64,000 nucleotides of DNA, from the NCBI GenBank assembly GCA_965197905.1, contig CBDAOB010000005.1, forward strand, positions 704,001 through 768,000, given 5' to 3'. Each line of letters starts with the position of its first letter. Position 1 is the stretch's first letter. Positions 1-9,106 of this stretch are shown piece by piece. This DNA comes from Candidatus Latescibacterota bacterium. Its GTDB lineage: Bacteria > Latescibacterota > UBA2968 > UBA8231. Under the pieces are notes generated by a model. The model was not told the origin of the DNA. It searched no databases and was given only the letters and a program-made list of their open reading frames with translations. The translations under genes and the position numbers were made by a program.

Positions 1-209
1 ACGCCGGCGGTACCATGGACGATGTGGCCAAGGTAACCGTGTTCGTGACCGATGTTTCCGAGATTGGGACCATCCACGAGGTCCGCCGTGAGTACTTCAA
101 GGAACCGTATCCCGCCAGCACGCTGGTGCAGGTGGCCCAGCTCATCGACCCCGACTGGCTGATCGAGATCGAGGCGGTGGCCGTCATCCCGGACGATCGC
201 GCGGTCTAA
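1..209 (+). CDS. RidA/YjgF/UK114 family protein, 5'-partial
   Basis: VAKVTVFVTD, YFKEPYPASTLVQV and LIEIEAVA are typical RidA motifs; the ORF is open to the window edge. Confidence 0.85.
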   Translation, partial: AGGTMDDVAKVTVFVTDVSEIGTIHEVRREYFKEPYPASTLVQVAQLIDPDWLIEIEAVAVIPDDRAV

Positions 210-1384
210 CTTCGCTCGATCTTGCTCCTGGGGATCAGCAGCGGCACCATCCAGGCGGTGTAGATTAAACCGCAGACAAGAAGCATCCCTCCAAACGCTA
301 AAAAACCGACGCGAAAAGCCCCCTCGCCGACGATGTTTCCCATGGCGAGAAAGGTCAGGATTCCCCAGAGCTCGATGGAGACACCGCGCACCGATGCCAC
401 TGTCGCCCGGGTTGCGGACGGAATCATATGCTGCAGCCGGCCATCGAACACAACGTCCGCCGTCTGGATGAGGAAGGTGATGATCACCAAGAAGGCGATG
501 CTGGCAGGTGTCATCTGCCAGGCGGCCAGGAGCAACAGGACTCCGCACAGAAGGATCGAAGCGCAGAATATACGCGTTGGCCAGTTCTCAAAACGATGGG
601 CAACGAAACTCGACGCCGCCGGAACGGCATAGACCACAGCCAGGAATAAGCCCAAGGAGTATTTCGGCAATCCCGCTTCCGTGGCGAAGAGAGGCCAGTA
701 CTCGTCGAGCACGCCCCCGATTGTGACCGTGATTGCCACGAAAACTATGAGACGAAAAACCGCTGGTTCATGAATCACGTAACCGACTCCGCTTTTCAAG
801 AGCCTGAGATAGGTGTGCTCTGACGTTGCTTCCACGGCCGGGGCTTCAGGTAGGGTCAGCAATAAGGCGAATGCGAGGAGCACGGCGGCCGCGCTGCCCC
901 ATACGAGAAGGTCGTACCCGTAGCCGAACAGTGCGGTTGCCGCCAACGAGGAAACGATCAAACCGCCGTAGCGCAGACTGCGCGTGCGCCCAAGTACCTT
1001 GACGTATTCCGATTCCCGCTCCAAGCGTTTGAGCTCGTCATAGACCAGCGCTTCGAATGATCCTGAGGAAAGGGCGCTTTCGGTGCCCCAGAGCACGAAA
1101 CCGATAAAAAAACCCCAGAAGTCGGGGTAGAGCACCCAACAGGCATATCCACACGCGCGGATCAGCTCGCCCGCTGCCATGACCCATTTGCGCGAGAACC
1201 GATCCGCCAGCGCACCCGAAGGTACCTCCAGGGCGACGCAGGTGCCGGACCAGGCGGCGAAGAGGATCGAGACCTCCAATCCGCTCAAACCGTAGTCGAC
1301 AAACATGACGGCGTAGAACGGGTAGATGAGCATGAGCTCATCCAGGAAGCTGAAGGCGTACAACCTGAAGAGAAAGCTTTTCAA
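206..1384 (-). CDS. MFS transporter
   Basis: About 12 hydrophobic segments; motif A-like EVPSGALADRFSRK; 392 aa. Confidence 0.9.
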   Translation of the reverse strand: MKSFLFRLYAFSFLDELMLIYPFYAVMFVDYGLSGLEVSILFAAWSGTCVALEVPSGALADRFSRKWVMAAGELIRACGYACWVLYPDFWGFFIGFVLWGTESALSSGSFEALVYDELKRLERESEYVKVLGRTRSLRYGGLIVSSLAATALFGYGYDLLVWGSAAAVLLAFALLLTLPEAPAVEATSEHTYLRLLKSGVGYVIHEPAVFRLIVFVAITVTIGGVLDEYWPLFATEAGLPKYSLGLFLAVVYAVPAASSFVAHRFENWPTRIFCASILLCGVLLLLAAWQMTPASIAFLVIITFLIQTADVVFDGRLQHMIPSATRATVASVRGVSIELWGILTFLAMGNIVGEGAFRVGFLAFGGMLLVCGLIYTAWMVPLLIPRSKIERS

Positions 1385-1569
1385 GGGGTTCTTATATGTC
1401 TGTTTCGAAATGTGTATCGTAGATGCCGGTGCATGCGGACGAACTGATGTAGCCGCTTGCGCAATGGTATCGCGTAGCTACCTTATACTTACGCAATCTC
1501 TGCGTTCATTTTCGCCCTCTGTCTCGATGTATTCGCTGCGTGCATGCCGACGCTTGGTAGATAAAAAAC

Positions 1570-1797
1570 ATGGAAGATCTGCAGCCTGACGAAGTGTTAG
1601 CTGATATAATAGGTGATACGCCGCGCCCACGTACCGAAATCATGCAGAATTTCTGGCAATACGTTAGAGAGCAGGGATTGCAGGACGCGGGGCGGCGCGA
1701 AGTCAAGATCGACGACAAGCTGAAACCGGTCCTGGGGGACGAGAAGAAGGTGAGTATCTTTCTCGTGGCCAACCTCGTGGAGCAGCACCTCAGCTAG
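1570..1797 (+). CDS. Stand-alone SWIB/MDM2 domain protein
   Basis: LADIIG..PRPRTEIMQNFWQYVREQGLQD..RREVKIDDKLKPVLG matches the SWIB pattern; 75 aa. Confidence 0.85.
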   Translation: MEDLQPDEVLADIIGDTPRPRTEIMQNFWQYVREQGLQDAGRREVKIDDKLKPVLGDEKKVSIFLVANLVEQHLS

Positions 1798-1818
1798 CCG
1801 GTCCACAAGAGGACCGCA

Positions 1819-3420
1819 CTGCCCGTTTTCGACTATCACGAGGCGACGAAACACTCCTTCCAGCAGTATGCCAGGGGCCCGGGGTATATGGACTGGGCCA
1901 CTCAGCCGAATCCCTTTCGTCGGTTTGAGGGCGCAAGGCTACTGCCGCTGCAGAAAATTTCCCCTTCAGAAGAACCGCTGTACGACCACGCATTCCTTCC
2001 AGGCCGCATATCTTCCCAGTCGGTGAATCGGCTGAGCATCTCTCAGCTGTTCTATGACAGTTTGGCTATATCGGCCTGGAAAAGTATCGGCGAGACCAGC
2101 TGGGCTCTTCGGGTTAATCCCTCGAGTGGCAATCTGCACCCGACCGAGGGTTACCTGATTTGCGGCCCCATAGAAAACCTCTGCAGCACACCGATCGTCG
2201 GCCATTACGCACCAAAGGAGCATGGGTTGGAGGTTCGGGCAGAATATCCCCTTGAATTGTGGAAGACTTTGCGGGCGAGATTTCCCGAGAACGTTTTCTT
2301 CATCGGACTCAGTTCCATTCACTGGCGGGAGGCCTGGAAGTATGGCGAGCGTGCCTTTCGATATTGTCAGCATGATGCAGGTCACGCCATAGGTGCTATT
2401 GCCATAGCTGCCGCCGGAATGGGCTGGAAGACAAAAGTCCTGGAGGATTTGGGGACAGACGAGCTGGGGTTGCTCATGGGTTTGTCTCAAGAGCACGATG
2501 GCGAATCGGAAGAGCCTGATCTGCTGTTGGCAGTGACGCGATCGGAAGAGCAGATGGTCGAGTCAGGTCTTCCCGCTGATTGCGTGCGGACCTTCGAGTC
2601 GCTTGCCTGGCGAGGCCGACCCAATCGACTGAGTCCGTCCCACGTCGATTGGGGCATGAATGAAATGGCCAAAGCGGCGAGGAAACCGCAGGGTGCCAGC
2701 CGCTATGAACCAGTTTGGAATTTGCCGCAACAGCGGGAGTTGCCCGTTCGCCCGGTTGCTCTCCGCAGCATGATTCGCCAGCGCCGTAGTGCGGTTTCCA
2801 TGGACGGAGAGTCGCACATTTCCAGGGACACGTTCTATCGTATCCTGCAAAATACTCAGGCCGTACCGGGAAACATGCCTTTCAACGCCCTCCCCTGGAA
2901 GTCCCATATACACCTGGCCATTTTTGTCCACCGGGTGGAGGATCTAGCCCCAGGACTCTACTTCTTAGTGCGGGACCCGGCACAGAGAAGAAACCTTGAA
3001 GCGGCAATAACCCGGGCTGACCAATGGCATCGACCCGTTGAATGTCCAGAGCAACTGGAGCTGTTCTGCGTTGTGGAGGGCGACATGCGGAATGCTGCCC
3101 GGCAGGTTTCCTGTGGTCAGGAAATCGCCAGTGATGGTTGTTTCAGTCTTGGTATGATCGCCGAATACGAGGAATCACTGAAACGGTACGGTCCATGGTT
3201 TTATTCGCGGCTTTTCTGGGAAGCCGGCATCGTCGGGCAAGTGCTCTATCTAGAAGCCGAGGCCGCAGGCATTCGAAGCACTGGCATCGGTTGCTACTTC
3301 GACGATCCCATGCACGAAATCCTCGGCCTGAGAGACCGAAAATATCAAGATCTCTACCATTTCACGATCGGTGGACCGGTCGAGGACAGCAGGCTCACAA
3401 CCCTCCCAGCCTATCCGTAA
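1819..3420 (+). CDS. SagB/ThcOx-family dehydrogenase (double nitroreductase domain), probable CTG start
   Basis: RVNPSSGNLHPTE, WKYGERAFRYCQHDAGHA, RQRRSA and TGIGCYFDD. Family-like YHEATKH lies in frame upstream of ATG 1888, with AAGAGGA 5 nt before CTG 1819. Confidence 0.85.
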   Translation: MPVFDYHEATKHSFQQYARGPGYMDWATQPNPFRRFEGARLLPLQKISPSEEPLYDHAFLPGRISSQSVNRLSISQLFYDSLAISAWKSIGETSWALRVNPSSGNLHPTEGYLICGPIENLCSTPIVGHYAPKEHGLEVRAEYPLELWKTLRARFPENVFFIGLSSIHWREAWKYGERAFRYCQHDAGHAIGAIAIAAAGMGWKTKVLEDLGTDELGLLMGLSQEHDGESEEPDLLLAVTRSEEQMVESGLPADCVRTFESLAWRGRPNRLSPSHVDWGMNEMAKAARKPQGASRYEPVWNLPQQRELPVRPVALRSMIRQRRSAVSMDGESHISRDTFYRILQNTQAVPGNMPFNALPWKSHIHLAIFVHRVEDLAPGLYFLVRDPAQRRNLEAAITRADQWHRPVECPEQLELFCVVEGDMRNAARQVSCGQEIASDGCFSLGMIAEYEESLKRYGPWFYSRLFWEAGIVGQVLYLEAEAAGIRSTGIGCYFDDPMHEILGLRDRKYQDLYHFTIGGPVEDSRLTTLPAYP

Positions 3421-3508
3421 GCGCAGCTATAGGAGAGATTGGGCAGGTTACGTACACCGCATGATGGCTCCGCAGGACAGCTCCACCTATGCCTCCCAAG
3501 TTCGGTGA

Positions 3509-4003
3509 CTATTCGATCGTTACACCAACCTTGTGGATATCGATCCATGCGGACGTAACCGTCTTCAGCATGTGTGCCGTACGCATGATCGTTTGACGGA
3601 ACCACCGGGTTCCCGCATCATCCGCCGACAGAAAGGCGATCGCGTCATCCGGCTTCATCCAGCGATACTCTGAATGTTCCGCGTCCGCTTCTACGGTATC
3701 GTTTCCCGTGATCGAACAACAGAACATGACTCCTTGTAGCTCGTTCTCGGGTTTCTCCTCGCCGCGGTAGAAGTGGGTCAGACCGATGATGAAGTCGATA
3801 GTCACGCGAAGCCCGGTCTCCTCCGCCACTTCGCGATGCAGGGCTTCCTCGAACCCCTCTCCCTGATTTACGCGGCCGGTGACGCATTCCCAGACATCGG
3901 CGCCAAAATCACGATCGGGGACCCGCTTCATCATCAGGTAAGCGCCATCGCGGTTGCGGATCAGTCCGGCGATGCCGGTCAAGAAGGTGCCTGGTTCATG
4001 CAT
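3509..4003 (-). CDS. NUDIX hydrolase
   Basis: Nudix box GRVNQGEGFEEALHREVAEETGL. Confidence 0.9.
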   Translation of the reverse strand: MHEPGTFLTGIAGLIRNRDGAYLMMKRVPDRDFGADVWECVTGRVNQGEGFEEALHREVAEETGLRVTIDFIIGLTHFYRGEEKPENELQGVMFCCSITGNDTVEADAEHSEYRWMKPDDAIAFLSADDAGTRWFRQTIMRTAHMLKTVTSAWIDIHKVGVTIE

Positions 4004-4031
4004 AGTTCACGCGCAAGAAATAGCTATTGGT

Positions 4032-5885
4032 TCAACGACCCTTGCCCCCTTGCCCATTTTTCTGGGCCCGCTGGCGCACGCCGTGCTGCAGCTCCTTCTT
4101 GCGTACACGCAGCTCTCCGGGGGTAACCTCGAGCAGCTCGTCTTCACCCAGGTAATCGATGGCGTCATCCAGAGACATGATGCGCGGCGGCGAGAGTGCC
4201 TCGGCGATCGCCTTCGGAGTCGTGCGGTGGCCCGTCAAGTTCTTTGTGCGGCAAACGTTCAACACCAGATCCTCGTTGCGAATCGTCTGGCCGACGACCT
4301 GTCCGCCGTAAACCTGATCCCCAGGGCGGATAAAGAAGGTACCGCGCTGCTGCAGGTGCTCCAGGGCGTAGGCGCTGGTAGTACCGGTTTCGTGTGAGAT
4401 CAGCGAACCGTGCCCGGAGGTTTCGATTTCACCGGCGAGGGGTTGATTGCCTTCGAACAAGGTATTGAAGGTGCCAGTCCCGCGCGTAGCGTTGAGGAAG
4501 GGTTGGCGAAAACCCAGCACGCCGCGCGTCGGCACCAGGAACTCGGCGAATACGGTGCCGTCTTCACCGTGGCGGATATTCTGCACCTGCCCCCGGCGCT
4601 TGCCCAGCATCTGACTCACCGGCCCTAGATACTCGTTGAGCACTTCGACAAAAACGCGCTCGATGGGTTCGAGAAGACCTCGTTCGCTCTCGCGGAAAAT
4701 CACTTCGGGTTTGCCGACGGCAAACTCAAATCCTTCGCGCCTCATGGTCTCGATCAGAATGGCCAGGTGCAGCTCGCCCCGACCCGAAACGATGAATTCT
4801 CCGGAATGTTCGGTTTCGGCCAACCGCAGAGCAACATTGCTTTCGAGTTCGTCGACGAGGCGCTTGTGTATCTCCCGACTGGTGACAAAGCGCCCTACGC
4901 GTCCCGAGAACGGACTGTCGCTGACCTTGAAGAGCATGCGTACCGTCGGATCCTCGACCGTTATCGGCGGCAGGGGTCGAGGGTCGAGGGGGCAGGCCAG
5001 AGTGTCGCCGATTCCGACTTCAGCCACGCCGGAGACGGCGACGATATTGCCAGCGTTCACCTCCTCCACGGCCACGCGCTTCAAGTTGCGGAAAACGAAG
5101 ACCTGACCGACGGTGGCGGTGCGGGTCTCACCTTCAACGTTGATATGGGCGATTTGCTGTCCGGCACGAATGACACCGCTGCTGAGGCGTCCCACTGCGA
5201 TCTTGCCAACGTAGCTGCTGTGCTCCAAGGTCGTGACCAACAGCTGGGAAGCACTGTCCGCATCTATTTGGGGGGGAGGCAGGTGTTCGATGATGGTCTC
5301 GAACAGCGGGCGCAAATCGTCGGCCAGATCGATGGGTGCCAATCCTGCGCGTCCTTCGAGAGCCCGGGTGAAAACCACTGGAAAGTCGGCCTGGTGGTCT
5401 TCGGCGCCAAGATCGACAAAAAGGTCGAAAGTGGCATTGACCACCTCGTCGGGCCGGGCAGCCGGCCGATCCACCTTGTTGACTACCACCACCACCCTGT
5501 GGCCCCGGTTCAATGCCTGGCGGAGCACGAAGCGGGTCTGGGGCATGGGGCCTTCCACCGCATCCACCAGCAGCACGACACCGTCGACCATATTCATTAT
5601 ACGCTCGACTTCGCCGCCGAAATCGGCATGACCAGGGGTGTCGACGATATTGATCGTAGTATCCCCGTAGAGGACTCCAGTATTCTTGGCGAGGATGGTG
5701 ATGCCGCGCTCGCGCTCGAGATCATTGGAGTCGAGCACTCGCTCGGCCACCTCCTGGTTGGTCCTAAACACATTGGTCTGACGCAGCATGCCGTCCACCA
5801 GCGTAGTTTTGCCATGGTCGACATGCGCAATGATAGCCACGTTGCGGATGTTGGCGGGCGTTGCGACGCGGTCGATCTCAGTCAT
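4032..5885 (-). CDS. typA: Translational GTPase TypA/BipA
   Basis: [42 protein letters not shown] and [14 protein letters not shown]; 617 aa. Confidence 0.95.
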   Translation of the reverse strand: MTEIDRVATPANIRNVAIIAHVDHGKTTLVDGMLRQTNVFRTNQEVAERVLDSNDLERERGITILAKNTGVLYGDTTINIVDTPGHADFGGEVERIMNMVDGVVLLVDAVEGPMPQTRFVLRQALNRGHRVVVVVNKVDRPAARPDEVVNATFDLFVDLGAEDHQADFPVVFTRALEGRAGLAPIDLADDLRPLFETIIEHLPPPQIDADSASQLLVTTLEHSSYVGKIAVGRLSSGVIRAGQQIAHINVEGETRTATVGQVFVFRNLKRVAVEEVNAGNIVAVSGVAEVGIGDTLACPLDPRPLPPITVEDPTVRMLFKVSDSPFSGRVGRFVTSREIHKRLVDELESNVALRLAETEHSGEFIVSGRGELHLAILIETMRREGFEFAVGKPEVIFRESERGLLEPIERVFVEVLNEYLGPVSQMLGKRRGQVQNIRHGEDGTVFAEFLVPTRGVLGFRQPFLNATRGTGTFNTLFEGNQPLAGEIETSGHGSLISHETGTTSAYALEHLQQRGTFFIRPGDQVYGGQVVGQTIRNEDLVLNVCRTKNLTGHRTTPKAIAEALSPPRIMSLDDAIDYLGEDELLEVTPGELRVRKKELQHGVRQRAQKNGQGGKGR

Positions 5886-5920
5886 CAGTATCGTAGGATC
5901 CGGACGGCTAGGCGGTTACT

Positions 5921-5952
5921 AAAAAAGGATCCTGACTCGATCTTCAGGATCC
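5921..5952 (-). terminator. Intrinsic terminator-like hairpin in the typA 5' leader
   Basis: Minus strand GGATCCTGA-(8 nt loop)-TCAGGATCC followed by TTTTTT, ending 35 nt before the typA ATG. Confidence 0.6.
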
Positions 5953-6097
5953 CTTTCATCTGGCAGTCCCAAGTTACATCCAAGATAGGGCATGAGGGTC
6001 AATCAGAGAACCGGTGCCTTGCCGGTGTCAGGCCAACAACGACACGCGCTGCGATCGCCGGTGGACATGGAGTCGTCCTTTCGTAGGTTGCATCACG

Positions 6098-6487
6098 ATG
6101 ATTCATAAACAAGGAAACGGCATCTTCGTGTTCGGAGAAAACACCGACCAGCTCGATCCGAAGGATGTAGAGTCGATTGCACCGCTCATCGGCATCGGTT
6201 GCCAGTCCGGCGACACGGTTATGGGTTTATCGGCGGTGCGGCGCGGGGCGACCTTCGCCTTCGTGTTCGTGGCGACGGAACTGGCGGCCGGCACGTTGCG
6301 GGAATTGGAGCGCCGTCATTCCGGATCCCGGCTGTTCCGCGTCGCGGACATGACCAGCTTGACGGCGGCCGCGGGGCGCGCAGACGTATCTGTCTTAGGT
6401 GTAAAGCCAGGTTCACTGGCTGACGGTATTGCCGCCAAGCTGTCAGTGTCAGGTCCACCACAAGAAACGCCCGGAGGCAAGGGATAG
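6098..6487 (+). CDS. L7Ae/YlxQ-like small RNA-binding protein (tentative)
   Basis: Pattern [24 protein letters not shown]...LTAAAGR..VSVLGV..GSLADGI resembles the L7Ae fold. Confidence 0.5.
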   Translation: MIHKQGNGIFVFGENTDQLDPKDVESIAPLIGIGCQSGDTVMGLSAVRRGATFAFVFVATELAAGTLRELERRHSGSRLFRVADMTSLTAAAGRADVSVLGVKPGSLADGIAAKLSVSGPPQETPGGKG

Positions 6488-6500
6488 GCTTCGACGGCTC

Positions 6501-6869
6501 ATGCCACGAAAAAGAGTGGTCAACTCCAGGCCAGTATACTCATCCCAATCGGGCCGCCTCTGCTCCGACTGTGGCAAACCGGTGTCCGAATGTTCGTGCA
6601 AGACCGGTCAACAGGGGCGTGCGGCGAAGGATGGCATCGCGCGCGTCGGTCGCGAGACCAAGGGCCGGAAAGGCAAGGGCGTTACCATAGTAACCGGCGT
6701 GCCGCTGGCGGGTGCTGAGCTGGAAAATCTGGCGAAGGAACTGAAGGCGAAATGCGGAGCCGGCGGCACCTTGAAGCAGGGCGTTATCGAGATTCAGGGA
6801 GATCACCGGGACGCGATCGTTGCCCTGCTGCAAGAGAAAGGGTTTGTGGCGAAGCGTGCCGGCGGGTAG
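6501..6869 (+). CDS. yciH: Translation initiation factor SUI1/YciH
   Basis: [31 protein letters not shown] and C-terminal AGG. Confidence 0.93.
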   Translation: MPRKRVVNSRPVYSSQSGRLCSDCGKPVSECSCKTGQQGRAAKDGIARVGRETKGRKGKGVTIVTGVPLAGAELENLAKELKAKCGAGGTLKQGVIEIQGDHRDAIVALLQEKGFVAKRAGG

Positions 6870-6933
6870 TTGCGTCGGTTTAGCACGTAGGGTTGAACAA
6901 CAAACGCTGAGGAGACAGCAATGATGGTTCTAT

Positions 6934-8301
6934 TTGTACACCGCCAGCGTAACCGTAGTCGCCTGGTGCACCGCCCTGTCAGCGCAATCCGTCGAATGGA
7001 AAGAGCTGGCGCGCAATCCGATATTCGGAGAAGCCAGAAACGACGGTCCCAAGGCCTACTATCCCAGTGTGCTATTCGACAAACATGGTTTTGCTGCAGG
7101 TCGCGACCGGCGTGGACGATTCAACTACCGCATGTGGTACGGTACCGCGGATGGGCAGACGGGTATAGCCGTCTCGAACAATGGCCTACGCTGGCGTGAC
7201 GAGGGTATCGTGCTTCCTCAGGGATATCACGCCACGGTCAAATATTTCCGGCGGGGGTTTTCCGGAGTCGACAGCGGCGAGCAGCCCAGTGCCGATCGGA
7301 TGCACTATCGCGTTTGGTACTGGGATCCCACCCTGCTCTATACCGTAGCTGCCATGCGCTACGCCGAATCGCCCGACGGCGTGTCGTGGCACAACGACCA
7401 GCCGGTTCAGAACGGCGCCGTAGAGATCGTCACGGGCGAGTTGCCCGATTGGAACAGAGGCACTTACGGCCCCTGCGATATCATCTACAATCCGCGCGCG
7501 GACGCGCCGTTTGTATTGTATTACAACGGCACGACCGGTGGAGACGAGGCGATCGGTCTGGCGCACTCGCCCGACGGAATAACCTGGACCGGATACGACA
7601 GCGACGGGGACGGTGCCGCGGATCCGGTGTTCAGTGGCACCTACACTGCAGGTGACTGGGACTTCGATTACGTCGGCCGCGCGACTGTGGTCAGGACCGG
7701 CCGCCGGCAGTACGAGATGTGGTACTCGGGGGGCGACGGCGCCCTCAACCAGGGCATTGGTTACGCTGTTTCTCGGGACGGGCGCAACTGGGTGCGAGAG
7801 GCTGGAAACCCGATCTTCCACGTCGACGATGGAGTCGGCTGGCGCACCGAGCGCAGCTATACCCCTGCCGTGCTGCCCTGGAAACGAAATTCCTACAAGA
7901 TGTGGTTTGCAGGTCGCTCCGATGGGGAGACTTCCATCGGCTACGCCGTCGGCGGGCGGAGGCGGTCACCGTCCAGGCTGGCCGCTGGGCCCAGGGGCGA
8001 TGACCTGCCTGACGTGGACAGGGCCAGTCGGCTAGTGGTATCCACCCACCCCAATCCCGCCAATCCCGAAACCGCAATTCGGATCAGGTTGTCGGTCGCA
8101 TCTCGGGTCGAGGTCGATCTGTTCGACGCACTCGGGCGTCGGGTGCGGACGCTCTTCGAGGGTTCGATGCAACCGGGCGGGCATAACTTCGTCTGGGATG
8201 GCCGCGACGATCGCGGGCGTGACGTTGGCAGCGGCGTCTACTTCTACAGGGCGCTTGCCGGTCGTGTGAGGGAGACGGGACAGATTACGCTCCTGCGCTG
8301 A
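6934..8301 (+). CDS. Secreted beta-propeller glycoside hydrolase-like protein with C-terminal FlgD-Ig domain
   Basis: Signal-like N-terminus; repeated MWY...IG.A.S.DG..W blades; tail HPNPANPET..FDALGRRVRTL..WDGRDDRGRDVGSGVYFYR..ITLLR. Confidence 0.8.
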   Translation: MYTASVTVVAWCTALSAQSVEWKELARNPIFGEARNDGPKAYYPSVLFDKHGFAAGRDRRGRFNYRMWYGTADGQTGIAVSNNGLRWRDEGIVLPQGYHATVKYFRRGFSGVDSGEQPSADRMHYRVWYWDPTLLYTVAAMRYAESPDGVSWHNDQPVQNGAVEIVTGELPDWNRGTYGPCDIIYNPRADAPFVLYYNGTTGGDEAIGLAHSPDGITWTGYDSDGDGAADPVFSGTYTAGDWDFDYVGRATVVRTGRRQYEMWYSGGDGALNQGIGYAVSRDGRNWVREAGNPIFHVDDGVGWRTERSYTPAVLPWKRNSYKMWFAGRSDGETSIGYAVGGRRRSPSRLAAGPRGDDLPDVDRASRLVVSTHPNPANPETAIRIRLSVASRVEVDLFDALGRRVRTLFEGSMQPGGHNFVWDGRDDRGRDVGSGVYFYRALAGRVRETGQITLLR

Positions 8302-8364
8302 TCACTCGCATCCAGCGATATAGGTCAGACCGTCACATGAAGTCTAGCGCGCCAGCCGGGGGTT

Positions 8365-8922
8365 TCAAGCGGACTGCGGTGCTTGCGCAAATGTCGAGTG
8401 GTAGGAATCGAGCGCAGCTCCACCCAGGCGTTCACTGATGATCCTGATTTCGGTGCGCCTGTACTCCCAACCGTCAGACCGTTCGACCTGCTCCAGATAG
8501 TCGCTCAGATGCAGCCGCATTAAGTCTTCGAACTGTTCGTGGGAAAGGTCTATGTGCTCACCTGAAAGCCGATCTTTGATCAGGTAGCGGGCCTGGTGTT
8601 GGTCTACCAGGGCAAAGAAGCTGTCGCGATCCATGGCACAATTGGCGTAGGCAAGCAGCTCGGCTCGATCGCCGATCAGCTCCCGCAGCTCCGGGCGTCG
8701 GTCCAGCGGCAGGGTGAAATCCTGAAACCGTTCGGTGCCGTAGATCGAATGGAACATCGCGGCGCGACAGAGCTCGTCGTCCGCGTCCCATGATTGCATG
8801 TACTTGTACACGCCAACAGCGTGAGCAAGGTAGGTCGTTCGCGAATGCGGAATCTTCGCGGCGCCGAGCTGGGTGATATACTCCGTCATGGTTTTCATCG
8901 GTAGGGTCATTTTAGTCTCCAT
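8365..8922 (-). CDS. DUF6817-like (HD-related) protein
   Basis: PHSRTTYLAHAVGVY and LCRAAMFHSIYGT motifs. Confidence 0.65.
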   Translation of the reverse strand: METKMTLPMKTMTEYITQLGAAKIPHSRTTYLAHAVGVYKYMQSWDADDELCRAAMFHSIYGTERFQDFTLPLDRRPELRELIGDRAELLAYANCAMDRDSFFALVDQHQARYLIKDRLSGEHIDLSHEQFEDLMRLHLSDYLEQVERSDGWEYRRTEIRIISERLGGAALDSYHSTFAQAPQSA

Positions 8923-9106
8923 GTTCGCGGTGAAGGTAGATCCCGACCACTATTAAACATACACTGTCCCAACGTCTTTGCCGGAAGGGATCGGAGACCA
9001 GTCATTCGGCCCTGCTCGCCGATCAAGGATTCCTTCCTCTTGCCGCTATAAGTAATTATCAGATAATCATACGTCTGCAGCGGACCCCTCAAGACTCGGG
9101 CACACC

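Noticed and set aside
1819..3420. Azole-containing RiPP cluster suggested by the SagB/ThcOx gene
   Set aside because: No YcaO cyclodehydratase or Cys/Ser/Thr-rich precursor lies nearby, and stand-alone members are common
4767..6086. 439 aa plus-strand ORF and other long antisense ORFs (10422-11357, 26919-27806, 37968-38900, 50958-51905)
   Set aside because: These are antisense shadows of well-supported genes in GC-rich DNA and have no motifs of their own
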